Source: Alphaproteobacteria bacterium (lineage in GTDB: Bacteria > Pseudomonadota > Alphaproteobacteria > Rs-D84). Taken from it: 64,000 nt of DNA. Below the pieces are notes generated by a model. The model worked only from the letters and a program-made list of their open reading frames with translations. It was not told the origin of the DNA and searched no databases. The position numbers and the translations under genes are program-made. This document shows, one piece after another, positions 22,901 through 30,512 of this stretch. Position 1 is the first letter of the stretch; each line of letters starts with the position of its first letter. Where the stretch lies: NCBI GenBank assembly GCA_046881825.1, contig JBKSMS010000010.1, positions 12,924 through 76,923 on the forward strand. Reading direction: 5' to 3'.

Positions 22901-23752
22901 CCGCCAACAGGAAATACTGGCACACAACAAACAAAGCGCGGATTTTTCAGTAGATGCAAAGATACAATTTATAAAATCATGCAAGCCGGATATCATGGAT
23001 TACAAAAAACACAACAAGGAGTACATAATATGAAAAAGCAAAAAATCATAAATCGAAATGAACGTGCTATTGAACGTATCAAAGGTGTAAAATCTCAGAA
23101 AGAAGAATGGGGCGATATATCTGTTGAAGATATAAACGAAGTCACCAAGAAAAATATTGCTGCTATGGCAAACGAAAATGAAAGATTGATGAAAAGATTA
23201 AGCAGAAAGCATACAAGATTGTTGGCTAAGATGAACCTTGCCGATGCAAAGCAAATGCATAAAATACAAAGCGAATTAAAAGAAATAGAAGCTTTGCAGA
23301 TGAAATATGATGCGTATGAAGATATGGGGGGCGTGGATGCTATGAAGCAATTAAAAGAAATGAAAAAATTAAATAATGAATTGAAAAAACTTGATGCCAA
23401 AGGCGAAATAGATGTTGAAATCGAAAAAGCAAAAGGTAGAAATAAAGTCAAAGATATCAAAGCTGATGGTCGTGCTTCACGTATCAGAAAGGCAGCACAG
23501 GCGATTTCTGGCTTTGTAAAAGGTTTTGGCGACAAAACAAAAGATGATATCACATCTGCTGATAATGCTGTTAAATTGGCAAGGAAAGAACTTGCTAAAT
23601 CAAAAACAGTTGGCAGTAGACGTGTATGGAATGCGGCTATGAAAAGGTTAGAACAACTTGCAAAAAGTCATGAATACACGGAAGAACAGAAAAAAAGAAT
23701 TGCAGAACAAGTCATCCAAGAAACACAGCGTCAGATTGATAACGCAAAATAG
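20000..23752 (+). CDS. Large (1250 aa) repeat-containing protein with no signal peptide. It has Gly/Ala-rich hydrophobic segments, TGNTPG tandem repeats and a K/E-rich C-terminal coiled coil. Putative surface or effector protein.
   Basis: Uninterrupted ORF, composition and repeats seen directly. There is no recognisable enzymatic motif. Confidence 0.65.
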   Translation: MNKVYGKSDLQEILDLYANQDSRDEAIARAEQLLKDFVNEDVDIEQSALEEFQKIIETFGITTNDAGEQVFTELGAQAAARFQTIIDSLENAENAVDSDRIFSLTSDQNQIKFDLVTLNVYKDMGLVDASVDPANMTPRQVAETINGIELTDKERNEYANKFIDNIIGNAELFEITPPKILADAYTFIREQLAANPNDKDLADRFTTLAKRIDYLIKNFASRVDYFYSDPSNIADVYAGYRKMCDIRSKDLKAAQGDNESTKKYKEEIKKSVDETKARLEEIVAMYSDMWNLKDLKPEDASTLDARWKEISEKLKDVELTDDVLATLAKYEFLDENGNPMPQFIDADGKPQKDFQPGYKLNPDGRLNRIISLAKNDVTMRNVGDLEHDVKDIDLTAALFDRVPWKVAEISIPDQVISGIESKPSTMMTQQDVDAFWDSLEKDGGNISDQGYQAALDAQVNQAAGFAGLMAEKVGPDKPIVMRPFEAVEDIDKLASTRSEKTGAAERKQKVGFFKRMAKNFGAAAVMSAGLTFIGKATGVAYAGAAVGTAIGIGNMIIQGFKWRKEQKKAGKPHGLKAFFSDKRNWGPAVASGLGVAAVISMATGNPELAAGFGIGAMAVGGGSAAKMVYDDALNAGYTKGQALAGAIGVAGATIAGGLAGRAAMNGVISYVNNNTESNLFKTEHTTTSEHQTGTERVYDDGVIKHHEDMMLKNHWETPQSLDARIDGLMDAGLSHDDAMRYLLAWHDATDHNLGPGYFNNIGMSPDALAALRGSIDGTSIHLTPESMAAFEHFNPHISATNTVGYMPGAPVSYDLPANATYDANGVLIPGNDVYSTYVEHGGQVFSDIPVMTTETNSVFTPNELAFPAGIGTVGIYEPRVVPAQYLNRMRERASALADRSTKIVPPSNENGNGENTPGGNTPPSGNTPEGITPPTGNTPGGNTPPTGNTPGGNTPPTGNTPGGNTGNPPTGNTGTQQTKRGFFSRCKDTIYKIMQAGYHGLQKTQQGVHNMKKQKIINRNERAIERIKGVKSQKEEWGDISVEDINEVTKKNIAAMANENERLMKRLSRKHTRLLAKMNLADAKQMHKIQSELKEIEALQMKYDAYEDMGGVDAMKQLKEMKKLNNELKKLDAKGEIDVEIEKAKGRNKVKDIKADGRASRIRKAAQAISGFVKGFGDKTKDDITSADNAVKLARKELAKSKTVGSRRVWNAAMKRLEQLAKSHEYTEEQKKRIAEQVIQETQRQIDNAK
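22735..22921 (+). repeat. Intragenic tandem repeat (18/36-nt units encoding GNTPP/TGNTPG, about 10 units)
   Basis: ggtaacacaccgggtggaaacacgccaccgacaggaaatacaccagggggtaacacaccaccaactggcaatacgccaggg... seen directly. Confidence 0.85.
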
Positions 23753-23773
23753 TTATGCGATAAAAAGCAAAAA

Positions 23774-23799
23774 AAGACCCAGAAATGGGTCTTTTTTTA
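23774..23799 (+). terminator. Rho-independent terminator after the large repeat protein
   Basis: agaccc-agaaa-tgggtct followed by TTTTTTT. Confidence 0.65.
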
Positions 23800-24048
23800 T
23801 TCTTTTTTGTTAATTGTGGTTTAAAAAATAGCAAAAGTTTGTGGTGCCCCAGATCCAAAACTCATCGGACTCTGAAGCAACCGTTGAAGTTTAATGGCAA
23901 GAATTTTGTGAAGAAATTATCAGAACAGGAACAATAATCAAAAATATAGGTAAAAAAATAAATTAACGGAAATTCGGGTTAAGCAATCTGAATGCCCCCC
24001 TGTGAAATAACAGGGGTTTCAATCATGTTTTCAAAGAATTTTATAAAA

Positions 24049-24594
24049 TTATTTTGTTTTGTATTCAGATTTCAATTTAGAAAACATAAATGAATCTTTG
24101 TACACATTATGTATAAAATGTTCCTTACGTAAGATGCCTTCCTTTGTAAAATTCATACGTTCTGCAACACCCAAAGATTTTTTATTTTCAGGGTCTATTC
24201 TTAATTCAATCCTGTTAAATCCCCATTCTGTGAAAGCTAATTTTTCAATTAATTTAAAAGCTTCTGTCATAATACCACGACCACCAGCTCTTTTATCAAG
24301 ATAATATCCAACTTCACCACGATTATCAGATTTTGATAATTTTACAAAACCAATACGTCCAACAATTTTATTATTCCATTGAATAAACCATTCTGCTGAA
24401 TCTTTGTCTTGTTCCAACAAAGACTTTTCGTCTTCTGGCTTTTTAACAAAATCCACCCATTCCAACCAAGGTCTAAATTCATCACGATTGTTTTCAATGA
24501 TATCAAAAACAATTTTTAAATTATCAAATGTTGGTGCCAATTTTACCAACTTAATATTTTTGCTTGTGATTTCATTTGGAAATTTCTCAATCAT
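24049..24594 (-). CDS. GNAT-family N-acetyltransferase (RimJ/RimL-like)
   Basis: VGRIGF...GYYL...GRGIMTEA...FNRIEL pattern of the GNAT fold. 181 aa. Confidence 0.75.
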   Translation of the reverse strand: MIEKFPNEITSKNIKLVKLAPTFDNLKIVFDIIENNRDEFRPWLEWVDFVKKPEDEKSLLEQDKDSAEWFIQWNNKIVGRIGFVKLSKSDNRGEVGYYLDKRAGGRGIMTEAFKLIEKLAFTEWGFNRIELRIDPENKKSLGVAERMNFTKEGILRKEHFIHNVYKDSFMFSKLKSEYKTK

Positions 24595-24684
24595 GTATTT
24601 ATCCTTTCAATACGTCTTCTCTAGCCATATATCTTCGCTTGCTTTCTGCGAAACCAATCTCGCTGTAGCGAAAGCGAAAGCGGA

Positions 24685-24758
24685 TGGTGCCCTAAGCAAG
24701 AATCGGACTTGCGACTCGTCCTTACCAAGGACGTGTTTTACCACTAGACTATTAGGGC
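24685..24758 (-). tRNA. tRNA-Thr (anticodon GGT), with encoded CCA and an atypical short D-arm. Possibly a degenerate gene.
   Basis: Reverse complement GCCCTAATAGTCTAGTGGTAAAACACGTCCTTGGTAAGGACGAGTCGCAAGTCCGATTCTTGCTTAGGGCACCA. The acceptor, anticodon and T stems pair well. The D stem is poor. Confidence 0.55.
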
Positions 24759-24810
24759 AATCGCCAGGTATTATACCTAGAAACACAAAAAAATCAACTA
24801 AAATCCCAGA

Positions 24811-25677
24811 TTATTTATGCATGGCGCTTTTGATTTTTTTCGTTAATTTTAAACCACCAGATTTATTACAATGGTCCGGGCTGTCAAAATCTGAATCTTT
24901 GAAATCAGAGCTTAATTGAAAATTCAATAATTTTACATCTGGGTTTTCTTTTAAAAAATCAAACAATTCACGATACACAATACTTTCTTCTGGTAAACAT
25001 TTTAAATAGTCAGACCGATATGGCGGTAAAACAACATAAACTTTATGATGTTTTTGTCTGGCTAATTTTACAATGTCGCCCAAATATTTTATTTGATTAT
25101 TATTACGCATAGTATTTTTAAGATGTTTTGAAACCAAAACATCAGTTGGTTCTTTGAAATGTTCCAGATTATATGTAGCTTGCCCGCGAAACCCAGTTGG
25201 GCAGATAACAGTTTTTATTTGTTTGTTTAATATATCCATGCCTTTTTTATCATCAATCGGTAGTTTAGTAGCATAATCTATACCATATAATCCTTTATAA
25301 GGAATACAGCGAACAAATTCACGCGTTTTTTCTAATTCTAAGCCAGGATGAAAAACAGACCAAAAGAGAATCACATTTCTAAGTTCTTGACCATTATGTT
25401 TTACAACATATTCATATAATTTTGATGCTCTATATAAATCTTGTGAAGAATTAGCCAAACTGAAATCATTTTTTGATGGGATAAAACCATCACGAGCATG
25501 CGAAGACCCCAATATTAAATTTTTTAAATCTTTGCATTGGGTTAGTCCTTTGAATTTCATAATATCGTAGCTAAAATCAGGCAAAGCAACAGGTTTATAA
25601 TAAGACCACACAGGAATTTTGAATAAATATATCTTACGTGTTCCATCAATATCTGTAATTTTTTTAAATAATTTCAT
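24811..25677 (-). CDS. Hypothetical protein
   Basis: 288-aa ORF between two tRNA genes. Confidence 0.45.
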   Translation of the reverse strand: MKLFKKITDIDGTRKIYLFKIPVWSYYKPVALPDFSYDIMKFKGLTQCKDLKNLILGSSHARDGFIPSKNDFSLANSSQDLYRASKLYEYVVKHNGQELRNVILFWSVFHPGLELEKTREFVRCIPYKGLYGIDYATKLPIDDKKGMDILNKQIKTVICPTGFRGQATYNLEHFKEPTDVLVSKHLKNTMRNNNQIKYLGDIVKLARQKHHKVYVVLPPYRSDYLKCLPEESIVYRELFDFLKENPDVKLLNFQLSSDFKDSDFDSPDHCNKSGGLKLTKKIKSAMHK

Positions 25678-25739
25678 AAGGTGACCTTTTGGAGTCTATT
25701 TTATCAATTTGACTGATAAAATCAAAATAAATAAAAACA

Positions 25740-25767
25740 TTGCAAAGTGAAAAAAGTTTGATATAAT
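25740..25767 (+). promoter_or_regulatory. Sigma70-like promoter TTGCAA-16-TATAAT, driving the tRNA(CAT) gene
   Basis: Hexamers read directly. The -10 element ends 10 nt before the tRNA 5' end. Confidence 0.55.
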
Positions 25768-25777
25768 GCGTTGCACT

Positions 25778-25852
25778 GGCAGCGTAGCTCAGTGGTAGAG
25801 CAGAGGAATCATAATCCTTTGGTCGGGGGTCCGAATCCCTCCGCTGCTACCA
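25778..25852 (+). tRNA. tRNA with a CAT anticodon. It is elongator Met or Ile2-lysidine type; the acceptor and anticodon-stem pattern resembles ileX-type tRNAs. CCA is encoded.
   Basis: GGCAGCGTAGCTCAGTGGTAGAGCAGAGGAATCATAATCCTTTGGTCGGGGGTCCGAATCCCTCCGCTGCTACCA gives a complete cloverleaf. Confidence 0.85.
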
Positions 25853-25861
25853 GAATAAACA

Positions 25862-25886
25862 AACGACCCGATGGGTCGTTTTTTTA
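25862..25886 (+). terminator. Rho-independent terminator after the tRNA
   Basis: acgaccc-gat-gggtcgt followed by TTTTTTT. Confidence 0.65.
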
Positions 25887-26021
25887 TTCTGTGCGTCGGG
25901 GTGGTGAAGGGCACCCAGATGGGGGTCCGACCCGCAGGCAAAAGGCAGACAGAAGTATGCCGGTCCCCCGAAGTTTTAACGAAGGGGGATTTGCCCAGGG
26001 GAATGAAGCGCAGCGGAATCA

Positions 26022-26039
26022 ATCCCTCCGCTGCTACCA
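26022..26039 (+). repeat. Direct partial copy no. 1 of the tRNA(CAT) 3' end (18/18 nt, atccctccgctgctacca). An att-type scar.
   Basis: Exact match to tRNA positions 59-76. It is preceded by a GC-rich spacer holding a degenerate T-arm copy (gggggtccgaccc). Confidence 0.7.
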
Positions 26040-26045
26040 AAATTC

Positions 26046-26073
26046 AAACCGCCCGTTTGGGCGGTTGTTTTTA
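26046..26073. terminator. Bidirectional terminator hairpin
   Basis: aaccgccc-gttt-gggcggtt followed by GTTTTTAT. The same stem recurs at 33126-33144. Confidence 0.55.
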
Positions 26074-26934
26074 TCGTTCTTCATTTATTTCAAATACACT
26101 CATTTCCATTCTTTCATTGAAAACGCATCTGGCCTTGTATTTTAATTCTAGATTAAAATCGTTCTTTGCCGAGAACCCAGATATCACTGTCAGACCATGT
26201 TGGTCTATGTGATGAGTGCTGCGTGAGATACTTCTTTTGAATGTTGATGGATTGGTTAGTGTTGATTTGGCTCTTTCATCGCAAAGGCTCATATAGTCAT
26301 ATATTTTATCTTCATATTTTTCTTGGACAGTTAGTGCTTTTGCGCCGCTATTGATTTCTTGTTCTGTTAAATAGAACTTGTGTTTGCCACATGCACCATA
26401 AATAACAACATTATCTTTACTGCCCATATCCTCAACCAATGATACAGATATCAGTTTGTCGCAGTTTTTATTTTTGCGAATTTGTTTTGCTGCTTTGGGT
26501 AATAATGCATTTATTTCTTTAATGCGTTCTACACCATATTTGTCTATGTATTCGTCATATCCCTCGCCACGTTCTGTTCCAATGATGTTTGGCCAAACGG
26601 CGGAATCATCATAGTTAATGCTGTCTTCCTTGGTCCTTGTTTCTTCTTTCTCTGTGTTTTCTGTGGGTTTAGTTTCATTTTCTTCGGCCACTACTTCGTT
26701 GGTCGTATCCGCCTGTTCTGGTTCAACGACAACCGCATATCCAATAAAACCAATTACAGCCAGAACTATCCTTAATGTTTTGTTTATGAAACCATAGTTT
26801 ATTGGTAGCAACATCAAAGCGAACAATAAACCAAAAAGATTAAAGTCAGCAAGTGAGCTTATCAGGAATATTCCACCTATTATCCATCTGATGATATCAA
26901 GAATTTTGTTCTTTGAGTTGTTTTCTTCTTTCAT
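26071..26934 (-). CDS. Hypothetical membrane-anchored protein (island cargo)
   Basis: 287 aa. Two N-terminal TM segments and an acidic low-complexity linker. Confidence 0.45.
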   Translation of the reverse strand: MKEENNSKNKILDIIRWIIGGIFLISSLADFNLFGLLFALMLLPINYGFINKTLRIVLAVIGFIGYAVVVEPEQADTTNEVVAEENETKPTENTEKEETRTKEDSINYDDSAVWPNIIGTERGEGYDEYIDKYGVERIKEINALLPKAAKQIRKNKNCDKLISVSLVEDMGSKDNVVIYGACGKHKFYLTEQEINSGAKALTVQEKYEDKIYDYMSLCDERAKSTLTNPSTFKRSISRSTHHIDQHGLTVISGFSAKNDFNLELKYKARCVFNERMEMSVFEINEER

Positions 26935-27233
26935 ATTGTTCCCTTTATTTTATGTGTTGTTCTGGTTAAGAGCAGAGTACACAAACAATTTGATTTTTTC
27001 CATATTTATTTTCTGAGATTATTTTATCTTGCTTTTCTAAATCAGATTTCTGTATAGTTTAATTCAAGGAAGGAAAGGATAACTGTCAGATGTGGTTATT
27101 TGTTCTGGCTTCTTTGGTTTTTTTGAGAAACAATGACAAAAATGGCGACCATCTGGCCGCCGTTTTTTTTGCATTATTTGCTAATATTCATAAATTATGG
27201 TATTATTGCGGTTAGAATGTATGAGGGATTATT

Positions 27234-27797
27234 ATGAAACGAAATCAAGTGATTTTATTCTATGGTCTGCCGGCAAGTGGTAAATATACGGTTGCAAAAG
27301 AAATTCAGAAAAAATGCGGCGGCGTTTTGTTGGATAACCATTATTTTTATGACTTGTTTGTAGGTATAACAGAAGTTCCAGATGAAATACGTCACGAATG
27401 GTTTCATCGTGTTGGAGATGTTCGCAGGGCTTATATGGATGTGTTAAGAAAGTTTTATCCACGAAAAAAGCAAACGCGATTTATATTTACATCTGTTTTA
27501 TTCCGCGGCGAAAAACTGCCTGCAAATCTACAAAAGTTTGCGCATGATATAAATGCTGATTTTATTCCCATAGAATTAAACGTGCGTAAAGATGTGTTGT
27601 TGAAACGGTGTAATACAGCACAGCGGAAAAAACGCGAAAAAATATCAGACCCGAAACAATATGAAAAGGTGCTGAATAAATGGTTACCAAACGCATTTCA
27701 TTCTAGACATGCCAATAGATTAGTTATAGATGTCAGTGATTTGTCATTGGATAAAACGGTGGCCGCGGTCAGGAAACATCTGCGACAATTTGATTAA
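27234..27797 (+). CDS. P-loop NTPase / small-molecule kinase-like protein (AAA_33 / chloramphenicol-phosphotransferase-like / zeta-toxin-like fold)
   Basis: Walker A FYGLPASGKYT near the N-terminus. 187 aa. Confidence 0.55.
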   Translation: MKRNQVILFYGLPASGKYTVAKEIQKKCGGVLLDNHYFYDLFVGITEVPDEIRHEWFHRVGDVRRAYMDVLRKFYPRKKQTRFIFTSVLFRGEKLPANLQKFAHDINADFIPIELNVRKDVLLKRCNTAQRKKREKISDPKQYEKVLNKWLPNAFHSRHANRLVIDVSDLSLDKTVAAVRKHLRQFD

Positions 27798-27809
27798 AAG
27801 GATACAGAC

Positions 27810-28577
27810 ATGCAAAAATGGGAAATCGCATTAAATAAGTTTTTGGAACGATATATTCATGAACCTTGGTTCGAGGGGGCGTTGTTGTGCGGTTCTTATA
27901 CCACAGGCAACCAGACCAAGTTTTCAGACATAGATGTTGTTATTGTTGGCAAGAATAATATGGGCTGGCAGGAAAAGTCCAATTGCTATGTTGATGGGTT
28001 CTTGATGGAATATACAATCAACCCTGTTTATAAACTGGAAGAATATATGGCAACATATATGAAAAACCATCGCCATATAGACCAGAATATGTTTGTGTAT
28101 GGAAAAATCTTGTATGATAAAAATGGGGTTATGAAAAAACTGCGCCAAAAATGTGTGCGCGATATTAAAAAGCCTTTCAAGCCATATTCAGAATACACAA
28201 AATCTTTTATCAAATACCATCTGTGGGACAAGTATGATGAACTGTTGTCGTTGGATGCGCGCGGATATCATATTGATATGCAATATTGGGCGGTGGTGGA
28301 TGCCTTGATATCTGCATACTATGATTTCAAGAATATGCCGCACCCACCACGCAGTAAAATTGAACCAATCTTGACCGACCCAGAATTTGCAAAGCGATAT
28401 CATATTCAGGCAATGCCGCCCAAGACATTTACAGATAAATTGTTGGCATGTATGAACGCAAAATCCAAGACCGCAAAAATGGACGCGGTAAAGGCATTTT
28501 ATAACTATGTCATGCGTGCTGGCGGTGGATTTGATATTGGCAAATTCCGCGGCTATCAAAAGATTGAAAAACGATAA
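27810..28577 (+). CDS. Nucleotidyltransferase-domain protein resembling aminoglycoside/lincosamide nucleotidyltransferases (ANT/KNTase-like)
   Basis: LLCGSYTTGNQTKFSDIDVVIV fits the G-S-x9-13-D-x-D/E pol-beta NTase signature, with a helical C-terminal domain. The 255-aa size is like KNTase. Confidence 0.6.
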   Translation: MQKWEIALNKFLERYIHEPWFEGALLCGSYTTGNQTKFSDIDVVIVGKNNMGWQEKSNCYVDGFLMEYTINPVYKLEEYMATYMKNHRHIDQNMFVYGKILYDKNGVMKKLRQKCVRDIKKPFKPYSEYTKSFIKYHLWDKYDELLSLDARGYHIDMQYWAVVDALISAYYDFKNMPHPPRSKIEPILTDPEFAKRYHIQAMPPKTFTDKLLACMNAKSKTAKMDAVKAFYNYVMRAGGGFDIGKFRGYQKIEKR

Positions 28578-28587
28578 GGAAACAAAA

Positions 28588-28968
28588 ATGAAACGCGCAA
28601 TTAAATTCAAATTGAAAAATGGTCGGGTTGTGACTATCCGTCTATTGCGTGCCGATGATTATGATGCGTTTGTAAAATTTAATAAAGAGTTTGCAAATGG
28701 ACCCAGCGCAAAAATGAATTTTGAATATCCTGGTGCGCCTGTTGAACCGAAAGAAAACTATGTAAAAGTGTGGTCGAACAAGAACTATTTATACATTGCG
28801 GCATTTGATGGCGAAAAAATAGTCGGCTATGCACAAATTCGCAAATTGATGACAGGTGTAAAATGGCCACGTGGTGGTATGCCAAATGCGGAATATTTTA
28901 AGTTAGAATATGATGGTGAAAAGTTCACCGTAATTGATACGCCGGATTGGTTGTCGCAGGTGGTGTAG
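28588..28968 (+). CDS. Small GNAT-like protein (N-terminal half of an acetyltransferase fold; possibly truncated)
   Basis: IRLLRADDYDAFVKF...LYIAAFDGEKIVGYAQI, without a clear acetyl-CoA P-loop. 127 aa. Confidence 0.35.
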   Translation: MKRAIKFKLKNGRVVTIRLLRADDYDAFVKFNKEFANGPSAKMNFEYPGAPVEPKENYVKVWSNKNYLYIAAFDGEKIVGYAQIRKLMTGVKWPRGGMPNAEYFKLEYDGEKFTVIDTPDWLSQVV

Positions 28969-28978
28969 CGGTCTTGGG

Positions 28979-30097
28979 TTATCTTTCCGGGGATGGCGAT
29001 TGTAATGCGTTGGATTTTTCAATTTCGTCCATCGTAACTGCAAATGCATCGGTGCCGTCTGCGCATTTAATATCAGGTTCAAACCCGTTTGTTTCAAAAT
29101 CTTTTATGCTTAGTTCACGATATACTGCGCCAACAGTGAACTTCATATGTGTATATGGTAATAAAATATATTGGTTGTATCCATATACTTCGCATCCGTT
29201 TGTGTTTGTGCCGACAATGGTTGTTTTGGGATAGTGTTTCATTCTGAAAATAAACATTTCTGCCGAAGAAGAAACGCCACGATTTGTTAATATATATACT
29301 GTATGTCTTGCGTTTTTGGGGTCGTATTTTTGTGTTGGTTTAATACTATTGTCGTGGATTATAAACGGGTCGTCTAGTGAGTCTGTGTCAAAATTGTTTC
29401 CAATTCGTTCTGGATAAAGTTTGTGTACATGCTTTGCATCGGGATTGTTACGAATGATTTCTTTGTTTGCATTTGGATATTTTTGTCCAAGTATATATTC
29501 AGCAATCTTGTCAGTGGGACGATTGTCGCCACCACCACTATCGCGAAGGTCGATGATAAGTGTTTTTGATTGTGACAGAATTGCGCGCCATTGTTTTTCA
29601 AATATTTTGCGTTCCGCGTCTGTCCATCCAGATAGTGTTGGTACTGCTATGATTCCAATATCACCACGTTGTTCGGTATGGAATTTTTTACCGCTTGCAA
29701 TATTTTTTCCGACATTTGGTCTTGGCTTGCGCAGTGCGGTGCGCGCACCCATGTTTTGCCCAACCATGTTCAGTTGTATATGGTTATCTGGTATAATCTC
29801 AATCGCAGGGCGCAGTTGTTCCAGAAATTCTGCCGATGTCATATCGTGTGCATTTTTATGAACATCAATCAATGTCTTCAGGATTTTGCGCTTTAGCACC
29901 TCATTATGAAATGGCCAACCACAATATACATTTATTAAAACTCGTGCAAAGACCGATACTTCATGTTTAACCTGTTCGGCGGTCAGTTTGGTATTTGGGG
30001 TCTTAGATTTTGTGTTCCCGGCTTCAACTAAATCTTCCGTTTCGGAATCTCGTAATAAAAATTCTTCCATTTCACTGATGGTTGGTATTTTGGTCAT
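28979..30097 (-). CDS. S41-family peptidase (C-terminal processing / tail-specific protease-like)
   Basis: LIIDLRDSGGGD and NRGVSSSAEMF (the S41 catalytic Ser region). 372 aa. Confidence 0.65.
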   Translation of the reverse strand: MTKIPTISEMEEFLLRDSETEDLVEAGNTKSKTPNTKLTAEQVKHEVSVFARVLINVYCGWPFHNEVLKRKILKTLIDVHKNAHDMTSAEFLEQLRPAIEIIPDNHIQLNMVGQNMGARTALRKPRPNVGKNIASGKKFHTEQRGDIGIIAVPTLSGWTDAERKIFEKQWRAILSQSKTLIIDLRDSGGGDNRPTDKIAEYILGQKYPNANKEIIRNNPDAKHVHKLYPERIGNNFDTDSLDDPFIIHDNSIKPTQKYDPKNARHTVYILTNRGVSSSAEMFIFRMKHYPKTTIVGTNTNGCEVYGYNQYILLPYTHMKFTVGAVYRELSIKDFETNGFEPDIKCADGTDAFAVTMDEIEKSNALQSPSPER

Positions 30098-30130
30098 ACA
30101 GTCACCATAACTTATTTATTTTACTGAGTA

Positions 30131-30354
30131 TTATTTTAACACAATTTTGGGGTTTTTGCCAGTTGTATATGGATGATTTAAGATGGGTAAAAACTTTACA
30201 TAGAAAAATGCTTAAAAAAGGCGGAAATGTGGGTGGTGTAGCGATTTTTGTTAAAGTGATTTTTGGATTTAATCTGATTAACGCTTATGGACAATTTTAC
30301 ATATACTAGACATAGAAAATTGGTGTGCCGGTGAAAGTGGCGGATTTCTGCGGG
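30131..30354. repeat. Island repeat copy R1 (about 225 bp), immediately 5' of the S41 peptidase start. Followed by tRNA fragment no. 2.
   Basis: Near-identical to 39916-40139. It shares the core ...aaaaactttacatagaaaaatg...gattaacgcttatggacaattttacatatac...gacatagaaaattggtgtgccggtgaaagtggcggatttctgcgg with R2 and R3. Confidence 0.85.
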
Positions 30355-30387
30355 GTGCGTGAGGGAAAATACTTTGTGCGCTGGTAT

Positions 30388-30414
30388 ATCATAATCCTTT
30401 GGTCAGGGGTTCGA
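30388..30414 (+). repeat. Partial tRNA(CAT) copy no. 2 (anticodon loop to T-arm, 25/27 nt, diverged)
   Basis: atcataatcctttggtcaggggttcga versus tRNA atcataatcctttggtcgggggtccga. Confidence 0.6.
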
Positions 30415-30512
30415 CAAAAAAGCAGGTTTTGCAACTTTGTTTTGTTGTTCAAGCGATAATTTAACTCAATTATCTGGGCTTATTGCGGATTTTAAATTTT
30501 TGTTATTTTCTA

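Noticed and set aside
24404-24919. 171-aa plus-strand ORF
   Set aside because: It runs antisense across the GNAT 5' end, the tRNA-Thr gene and the start of the next gene. It is low complexity and has no RBS.
25886-26021. The GC-rich 135-bp spacer after the tRNA was considered as a possible tmRNA (ssrA) or other tRNA-like RNA gene
   Set aside because: There is no tag-peptide reading frame and no tmRNA 5' GGGG-acceptor or pseudoknot signature. Its content, gggggtccgaccc plus an exact tRNA 3' end, is better explained as degenerate att-site copies of the adjacent tRNA. A similar spacer recurs at 31929-32071.
25771-26212. Track ORFs 25771..26145, 25789..26040 and 25871..26212
   Set aside because: They span the tRNA(CAT) gene, its terminator and the GC-rich att-scar spacer. 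Their Gly/Pro/Arg-rich translation simply reflects the GC-rich tRNA-like DNA.
30082-30309. ORFs translated from the island repeat: 30082..30309, 39861..40058 and 31784..31966
   Set aside because: They lie entirely within the repeat copies. Their reading frames are not conserved between copies, since indels between R1, R2 and R4 break them. There is no RBS.
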